Shown here: positions 55,417 through 64,000 of the stretch, in pieces
Layout: every line of letters begins with the position of its first letter
Numbering within the stretch: position 1 is the first letter of the stretch
Source: Takakia lepidozioides
Lineage: Eukaryota > Plantae > Bryophyta
Length of the DNA: 64,000 nucleotides
Assembly (NCBI GenBank): GCA_030704615.1
Contig: CM060731.1
Location: 40,238,001-40,302,000 of the forward strand
Direction: 5' to 3'
The notes under the pieces: model-generated
The model's input: the letters and a program-made list of their open reading frames with translations, nothing else
The model's database searches: none
Told to the model about the DNA's origin: nothing
Position numbers and translations under genes: made by a program

Positions 55417-58400
55417 TCACCAGTAATCACCACAAGAACAAATCCCATCTTCAAAGTGGTGGAAAGTAGTTAGCGTCCCATACAACAATTGCTCGGCCAA
55501 CAATCTTTGAGATGAATTTGGTGGAGGTGTGGCAGTCTCCACACACTCGAAGATTCTTGATGAGTCGTGTTGATCGGCCCAAAACCAATGGCCAACTTCT
55601 CACTGTGGTGGCAAACAGAAAATTCCTTTCCTCCACATCATGCAGTAAAAAGCGTGTGTCAGGCACATACCCCGTCTCCATCTTCTCCCCAGACAATCTT
55701 CTTAGATCAGCATGGATTTCCTTAATTCTGGGATGCAACTTGTCATCTGGCTCCTTTCTAACCCCTCTGACCTTCATGATTCTTCTCACCTTGCAGTATC
55801 ATCCCACCTACCAGCTGCAGCATAGATATTTGATATAACACTACATAAGTCGGGCATCCTGTTCATCCCATCTGGATTGATTGGCATTTTATTAATCAGG
55901 TCCACTGCCTCATCCAGTTGTCCCGCACGTCCAGAAGGTCCACCATGCAGCCAAAGTGCTTTACTGTCAGATTGAATTGATACCATGATCTTGAATCAGG
56001 AATCGAAGTAGCGTCTACCTTCATTCAGAAGGCCAGTGTGGCTGCATGCAGAGAGAACACATACTGCTTCAAGCCGTTCTTTCCTTCAAATAGTTACAGG
56101 ACCTCCGTATGACAACCATGCTGTGCATATCTTGCGATCATTGCATTCCACGACACCACATCTCATTCAGCCATATTGTCCAACACTCCCTTTGCATCCT
56201 CCATGCACCCACATTTGGCATACATGTCCACCAGGGCAGAGTTCAGGATCACATCTGGTACAATTCCAACTCTGACGATGTTGCCATGCACCTCTTCGCC
56301 CTTTTCTAGGGCTGTCAGGCTTGCACACGCACTGCAAACGCACACAAACGTGATGTGGTCGGGCTTCACCCCGTTGCACATCATTTGCTCATACGTCTCC
56401 AAAGCCTCCATCCCACGTCCTTGTTGTGCATACCCTGCAAGCACCGCACTCCACGACACCACACCTCGTTCAGCCATAGTGTCGAACACTCCCTTTGCAT
56501 CCTAGATGCACCCACATTTTGCAAACATGTCCACCAGGGTATTGTTTAGAATGACAGCTGGTACAATTCCAGCTCTGAAGTTGTCGCCATGGACCTCTAG
56601 ATCTTTCCCCTTTTCCAGAGCTGCCAGGGCAGTGTTTAGTTGACATTTGGTGGTACAATTCCAGCTTTGACGATATCCCCATGCACCTCTTTGCCCTTCT
56701 CTAGGGCTGCCAGGCTTGCACGACGCCACATCTTGTTCAGCCATAGTGTTGAACACTCCCATTGCGTCCTAGATGCACCCACATTTTGCAAACATGTCCA
56801 CCAGGGTATTGTTTAGAATGAAATCTGGTACAATTCCAGCTCTGAAGATGTGGCCATGGACCTCTTTGCCCTTTCCAGAGCTGTCAGGCTTGCACACGCA
56901 TTGCAAACGCACCCAAACGTGATGTGGTCGGGTTTCACCCCTTCTCCCATCATTTGTTCATAAGTCTCCAAAGCCTCCATACCACGTTTTTGTTGTGCAT
57001 ACCCTGCAAGCATCGCGTCCAATGGCACCACATCTCATTCAGCCATAGTGTTGAAAACTGCCTTCGCATCCTCAATGCACCCACATTTGGCATACATGTC
57101 CACCAGAGCAGTTTGCAGAATGACATCTGGTATAATTCCAGCTTTGACGATGTCACCATGGACCTCTTTCCCCTTTTCCAGAGCTCCCCGGCTTGCACAC
57201 GCATTGTAAACACAAACAAAATGTGATGTGGTTGGGCTTCACCCTTTCGCGCAGCATTTGCTCATAGGTCTCCAAAGCATTTATACCACACCCGTGCTTG
57301 GTGAATCCTGCCAACATTATGTTCCACATGATCAAACATCATTGAGGCATTCTATTGAACACTTGGTGAGCATCCATCTCTGCATTGTCATGGATTTTGC
57401 AGGCACTAAACAAGGCCTTCCACACCACAACATCTGGATTGATTGGCATTTTATTAATCAGGTCCACTGCTCATCCAGTTGTCCCGCACGTCCAAGAAGG
57501 TCCATCATGCAGCCAAAGTGCTATACTGTCGAAGTGACACCATGATCTTCACTCAGGGAATCGAAGTAGCGTCTACCTTCATTCAGAAGGCCAGTGTGGC
57601 TGCATGCAGAGAGAATACAACATACTGCCTTCACAGCCGTTCTTTTGCATTCTTTTGCTTCAAAATAGTTGCAGGACCTCCCTATGACAACCATGCTGTG
57701 CATATCTTGCGATCATTGCATTCCACGACACCACATCTCATTCAGCCATATTGTCCAACACTCCCTTTGCATCCTCCATGCACCCACATTTGGCATACAT
57801 GTCCACCAGGGCAGTGTTCAGGATGACATCTAGTACAAATCCAGCTTTGACGATGTCACCATGGACCTCTTCCCCCTTTTCCAGGGCTCCTAGGCTTGCA
57901 CACGAATTGCAAACGCAAACAAATGTGTTGCGGTTGGGCTTCACCCCTTTGCACATCAATTGCTCATAGGTCTCCAAAGCCTCCATCCCGCATCCTTGTT
58001 GTGCATATCCTGAAATCATCGCACTCCACGACACCACATCTCATTCAGCCATACTGTCGAACCTTTGCATCCTCGATGCACTCACATTTGACATACATGT
58101 CCAGCAGGGCAGTGTTCAGGATGACATCTAGTACAAATCCAGCTTTGACGATGTCACATGCATGGACCTCATTGCACCTTTCCAAAGCTGCCAGGCTTGC
58201 ACATGCATTGCAATGCACACAATGTTATGCGGTTGGGCTTCACCCCTTCGCACATCAATTGCTCATAGGTCTCCAACGCCTCCATCCCGCACCCCTTGCT
58301 GTGCATATTCTGCAATCAACGCCCTCCACGACACCACATCTCCTTCAGCCATACTGTCGAAAACTCCCTTTGCATCCTCGATGCACTCACATTTGACATA

Positions 58401-61400
58401 CATGTCCAGCAGGGCAGTGTTCAGAATGACATTGGGTACAATTCCAGATGTGACGATGTCACCATGGACCACTTTGCACCTTTCCAGAGCTGCCAGGCTT
58501 GCACACGCATTGCAAATGCAAACAAACGTTATGTGATCGGGCTTCACCCCTTCCCCCATCATTTGCTCATAGGTCTCCAAAGCCTCCATCCCGCCCCTTG
58601 CTGTGCATATCCTACAATCATCGCCCTCCACGACACCACATTTCTTTCAGCCATACTGTCGAAAACTCCCTTTGCATCCTCGATGCACTCACATTTGACA
58701 TACATGTCCAGCAGGGCTGTGTTCAGGATGACATCTGGTACAAATCAGCTTTAATGATGTCACCATGGACCTCATTGCACCTTTCCAGGGCTGCCAGGCT
58801 TGCACACGCATTACAAATGCAAACAAACGTCAACAAGCTTCTCCTCATCTATGTTATATGTTTTTGGATACTTTCCTGCTGCCACATCGGCAGTAACTTG
58901 TCAAAGTCACTCCTAACCACCACAGATACACCCAACAAGCCAACTTACAGAATTCAATATGCATCTGATGAGAGGGCAAAACAAGCAGATTCAGCCATAT
59001 TGTTGAACACTCCCTCCACATTTGGCATACATGTCCACAAGGGTATTGTTCAGAATTACATTTGGTACATTTCCAGCTTTGACGATGCAACCATGGACCT
59101 CTTTGCCCTTTTCCAGGGCTGCCAAGCTTGCACACGCACACAAAAGTTATGTGGTCAGAAAAGTATTCATTCCACAACTTCTCCTCATCCCTGTTACCTG
59201 TTTTTTGCTGCTTTCTTGTTGTGAGGGAAAAACTGGGTGAAATGTGTTGAAGAAGGTGCCTTGATTAGCAATGCCTGATTTTATCAATTGTGCCGCTGCT
59301 TCTGCAGCTTCCAGTTGACCATCTACCCATGCAGGTTTCTTGTAGCTATCGATCCACATGGAATCACAGGTACTCTTGTGCTTGAAATCTGGCCTCTTGG
59401 ATGAATCTGGACCCACACTCTATCCCTGCTCCGAGCTAACGAGCTAACTGACAAAATCATAGGTAATCTTGTGCTTATCTGGCCCTCTTGGATGCTTCTG
59501 TACACACACTCTAATAGGTCTCCAAAGCCTCCATCCCGTGCCCCTGCTGTGCATACCCTGCAAGCATAGCGTTCCACGACACCACATTTCTTTCAACCAC
59601 AATGTTGAAAACTCCCTTCGCATCCTCAATCCACCCACATTTGGCATATGTCCATCAGGGCAGTGTTCAAGATAAATCTGGTGCAATTCCAGCTTTGACA
59701 ATGTCACCACGGACCTCTTTCCCATTTTCCAGGGCTCCCAGGTTTGCACACGCATTGCAACCCTTGGTACAATTCCAGCTTTGATGATGTCACCATGCAC
59801 CCTTTGCCCTTTTCAAGGGCTGCCAGGCTTGCACAAGCATTGCAAACGCACACAAACGTGATGGTCGCGCTTCACCCCTTACCCATCATTTGTTCATAGG
59901 TCTCCAAGGCCTCCATCCCGCGCCCCTGCTGTGCATATCCTGCAAGCATGGCATTCCATGACACCAGATCTCGTTCAGCCATACTGTTGAACACTTCATC
60001 CGCATCTTTGATGCACCCACATTTGGCATACATGTCCACGAGGGTATTGTTCATGATCACATCTGGTACAATTCCAGCTTTGGCGATGCAACCATGCACC
60101 TCTTTGCCCTTTTTCAGGGCTGCCAGGCTTGCACACGAACTGCAAACGCACACAAACGTGATGTGGCTTCACACCTTCCCCCATCATTTGCTCATAGGTC
60201 TCCAAAGCCTCCATCCCACGCTCCTGCTGTGCATACCCCTGCAAGCATTGCGTTCCACGACACCACATCTCGTTCAACCATGGTGTTGAAAGTAACTCCC
60301 TTCGTATCCTTAATGCACCCACATTTGGCACATGTCCACCAGGGCAGTGTTCAGGATGACATCAGGTACAATAACAGCTTTGGCGATGTCACCACGGACG
60401 TCTTTCCCCTTTTCCAGAGCTCCCAGGCTTGCAAACGCACACAAACGTGATGTGGTCGGGCTTCACCCCTTCGCACATCAATTGCTCATAGGTCTCCAAG
60501 TCCTCCATCCCGCATACTTGCTGTGCATATCCAGCAATCATCGCACTCCACGACACCACATCTCGTTCAGCCATACTGTCGAACACTCCCTTTCCATCCT
60601 CAATGCTCCCACATTTGACATACATGTCCAGCAGGGCAGTGCTCAGAATGACATCGGGTATAGTTCCAGATTTGACGATGTCACCATGCACCTCTTTGCA
60701 CCTTTCCAGGGCTGCCAGGCTTGCACACGCATTGCCAATGCAAACAAACGTTATGCGGTTGGGCTTCACCCCTTCGCACATCATTTGCTCAGAGGAAGTG
60801 CTAATGTAAAAATGTAAAGACCCAGTTGCATCTGTCAAAGTCCCTTTGGAATGAAAGTAGGTGACCAAAACGATAAAACGGCAGGAGGCCACCTGACCTC
60901 ACAACAGAGCACAAACTCTTCATAAGTGCGTGCTTGTGCAGCATGACTTCCCTGTTTCAAGTCCAAGCTTATGACTTCCCACAACACCTGCAACAGAACT
61001 CCCCAGATTTTTACCAGTCATGGTCTAGTAAAGGATAGGCAATATATTTGGAGCATACTTTGCTTGTAAGATAGTGTTCAAGCCACAGATGCCGCACGGC
61101 CAGCTTATTGCCAGGCTCATGATGTTTGATAGTACTACTTGCTTTGCTTTAAGTTTGAAATTTGACTCATCTAGCCACAAAATCCATCTGTTTAAGTATG
61201 AGTGTGAGATAAAGAAGCCAGAAACATTGCTTCTCTCCGCCTTACGACACTCCCATTGGAATGGGGCAGAGAGATGAGAGGAGCTGTGAAAAGAGCGAGA
61301 ACCCACCTCTTGTACTTCTTTCCAGAGCCGCAATGGACAAGCAGCATTTCGACTCAGTTGTCCACTTTTTGCAAATGCCACAAGGACTGCGTCTGAAGCT

Positions 61401-61850
61401 TCCATGATTTCACCTCATGGATGCAGCTATAAGCAAGGATACTCATACAGCCTAGACTTATCACACTAGTTCCTATGCTGACTTTCTTCTGCTTCCAACA
61501 GGCATTCACCTTTTTGCCTTGATTGTGTCCAAGCTAATATAATGTGCAGCAGTTTTCCTAAAGTCAGCAAGGACCCGCTTGTCCTTTTCCAGGGCTCCAA
61601 ATTTGGCACATGCATTGAGAACACAAATGAACGTGACCCTGTTCGACCTTACCCTTCATGTTGCATTGCTCGTAGGTCTCAAAAACATCCCTGCTGCACC
61701 ATGCAGAGCACATCCTGCAATCACTGAACTCCAAGGAACAATATTTCATTTTGCCATATTGTTGAAACTTGACATGCATAGTTCATGCTCCCACATTCGG
61801 CATACATGTCAGCAAGGGCAGACTCCAGTAAGCGCTAATCCAGTTTTAAC
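55417..61850 (-). pseudogene. Scrambled tandem array of PLS-class PPR repeats ending in a degenerate E1/E2/DYW deaminase domain
   Basis: About 14 P-L-S triplets (ALVDMYAKCG..EDA..VF..MAERDVVSW.AM.AGYAQQG.GMEALETYEQM...GVKPDHITFVCV..ACASL) with many frameshifts. The DYW remnants are CHHSEKLAIGFG, KNLRVCGDCH and HHFEDGICSCGDYW* (stop at 55417). Confidence 0.93.
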
Positions 61851-62254
61851 AAGGTCAGCGTGGATCTCTAAGCAGACAGAGATTGAAACACGGCCTGGCA
61901 AGACCAAGCTGACTCTCGCAAGAACCTTGTAAACATCAGGAAGAATACCAAATCATGGTACTAATAGGAGGCACAGATTGAAACACAGCCTGGCAATAAC
62001 CTGTTGTGTGTGCTGCTTGTGTCTGTAGTCAGATAATGTCGGATCGATCTATGAATCTGGACCCACACTCGATCCCTACTCCTTCAGCTATCCATGCATG
62101 TGCTTGCAAGGTGAACGATGGCGGAAAATGCAGGGCTCCTGCAATTCAAGAAGATCAAGATCCGGGCATTGCGGGCAGTTCCTAAAACGTTGGCGCGGCG
62201 ATTTCTATTGGCCTATTTCGTGCGGGCATTCCGGGCAGGTTCCAAAGAAATTGA

Positions 62255-62312
62255 CGACGATGACGTGTCTACGATGACGTGGCGACGAAATGTGGCGATG
62301 ATGACGTGGCAC
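62255..62312. promoter_or_regulatory. Cluster of gatgacgtg(g/t)c ACGT-core (G/C-box-like) repeats
   Basis: gatgacgtgtc once and gatgacgtggc twice within 60 bp. They may be TE subterminal repeats rather than promoter elements. Confidence 0.35.
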
Positions 62313-62372
62313 TATGGCACCCTATTCCCGCTCTACGCTAAACTAGCTTCCGACCTTCGGTCATCGCTAGAA

Positions 62373-62510
62373 CTAGGGCTTCGCGTTGCTCCGCACTAGT
62401 AGCGACCAATTCTGAGAACTGCGTGGCACAAAAAGGGGCGAGTCATCCCCATGGTGTTACATACATACATCCCGTATTTCATTGTTTTTTGCAAGAAAAT
62501 GGTAAACATT
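62373..62510 (-). mobile_element. Helitron-like 3' terminus, copy 2
   Basis: actagggcttcgcgttgctccgcacta is identical to the sequence at 54764, and the downstream aattctgagaa and gtcatcccca.ggtgttacata blocks are shared. Confidence 0.45.
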
Positions 62511-63071
62511 TCATTGCCAGATGAGTTGTGGCCTCCCTTGTTTGATGAGAGGTAGGGCCTACCCGAGGACGCTGGGAGGCCGCACGCTAAATGAAATTTT
62601 CCAAAAATCTCATGAAATGTTTTGGAGCAAATCCGCCACCTCATGGGCTATAAATGATCTTGAACAAAGAGTGAGTCATATGCAAAAGTGAGTGGGATCC
62701 ATCCAAACCTGGTAAACAATGAAGGATTAACTGGATAAGTACTTTAAGACCAATAATCCATTTATTTTATTTTCACTTATTTTATTTTACTCCACAAAAT
62801 GTTTTATGCTAAATACACTCAGAGTTATTTTAAAAACTCTTAGCCGGTCCATACTACTGAGGCCTTGTGGTGACCTTTGACACCCAATGCTTTTGGAGCT
62901 TTATCATCAATATGCAACTGGTGCAAGTGGGCATTCTCTCTCAGGACAGAGATGAAGGATATTCAAAAGCAGCTTGCACTAAGCAAACTACAGTGCTTGC
63001 TGGTCAAGCATGTGTACTGGTCTTTTATTTTCTACTGTCCCCACCCCACCAGTGCATTGGATGCTTAAAAT

Positions 63072-64000
63072 TCTAGGAAGCCTATTGACATTGGGTGGAC
63101 TTGAAACGGGAGTACATTAATGTCTCTGTGACTAAATGCCGGCCTTGTGACCTCGTGTCCTTGTTTGTTTCGACCCGAAGCGCTTTGCTTCAGGTAAGGT
63201 AGTGCATTGGATTTAGTTGGAAAGCTTGGGGCCTTTCCCTCTTTAGAATATGCCTACACGGGCCATTCCCTGCAACTCCTTGGAGTGTGATCTCTGAATG
63301 GTAACAAGCGGACTCCTACCGCTTGGGGGCAGCCCCTCCGCCCAAATTGGGCAGTCGTATGCTCTGTCTAGCATACTCGACACTTGGGCTCGGGTTGGTT
63401 CCTGTGCTTAAACTTATGGCCTGCGAAAACAATCAAAAATTTAGCTCCTATCAACATCAACACTCCTCAGGGTGATCCCTAGGAATTGGTTACTTATGCC
63501 AAATCTAGGGCTTCATGTGTAGTTTTTGGGGTGAATCCCAGGATGGACGATGTGTCCTTTAAAACTACATGCTCTAGCTTAGGCTTGGATTTCATGGCTA
63601 ATGGTACCATCTCGAGACTTGATAACAGGGGTACGTTGAAGGTTGCAATGACCAAAAGTGCTTCTAATAGAGTCCCGCATCAATTCAATCTCAAAGAAGT
63701 TCGTCCCTTGACTGGCTGGAGAGCGGTCTTAGACATTGGTGATTCAATGGGGCGCTCTAGGAAGACAACCAAGGGCAACAACTTCAACTTGAGAGTTTTT
63801 CTAATCGGTTTGATGCTCTGGATGAGGTTGAATCCAAACAGCCAGAAGGACAAGATGCCCTAAGTGTACGGAACTTGAACATCCTGAATCTGAAGGATTT
63901 GGTACTCTGAATGGTTTACCAATCCTCAAGGTTTACACAAGACGAACAAATTCTATACACGGGGTAATTGTCCCCAAGCCGTCAGATGGACAATCTGTCC
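63072..64000 (+). mobile_element. 5' part of a second full-length-type copy of the RTE-X-like LINE (runs off the window)
   Basis: Near-identical reverse complement of about 4290-5217. It carries a TGG>TAG stop (63480) and small indels (about 63800, about 63859). Confidence 0.95.

Noticed and set aside
59415-59440. ctatccctgctccgagcta resembles a miR390/TAS3 target site
   Set aside because: It needs a 2-nt insertion, lies antisense to the PPR frame, and the paralogous copy at about 62070 does not keep the match.
55860-60800. Regular ~300-bp repeats as a possible CRISPR-like or satellite array
   Set aside because: They are fully explained as PPR P-L-S coding triplets in a eukaryotic genome.
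56036-60817. Numerous plus-strand ORFs over the PPR array, and similar ORFs antisense to the LINE
   Set aside because: These are antisense shadows of the real coding frames.

Overview
Gene-dense nuclear DNA from a seed-free land plant with flagellated sperm. The evidence is a CCDC96/CFAP184 gene, PLS-DYW PPR repeats and short introns; a hornwort-like bryophyte is my best guess, and this is inference. Recognisable spliced genes: the 3' half of SWEETIE/HEATR5 (+), exon 1 of PEN-2 (+), PsaO (-), CCDC96 (+), plastid ribose-5-phosphate isomerase (-), BADC/BCCP-like (+), CcdA (-) and HMGB (-). Accessory DNA includes: (1) a young single-ORF APE-RT-zinc-finger non-LTR retrotransposon (RTE-X-like), present as a near full-length copy with its RT core deleted, a 5'-truncated copy, an inverted copy running off the right edge, and several ~30-nt micro-insertions of its tail-less 3' end; (2) a tRNA-derived SINE family; (3) a decayed local segmental duplication with an SPT2-like orphan ORF at its junction; (4) a 6.5-kb scrambled PLS-PPR/E/DYW pseudogene array bracketed by two direct Helitron-like 3' termini. 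Exon boundaries were read by eye and are approximate. No database searches were run.
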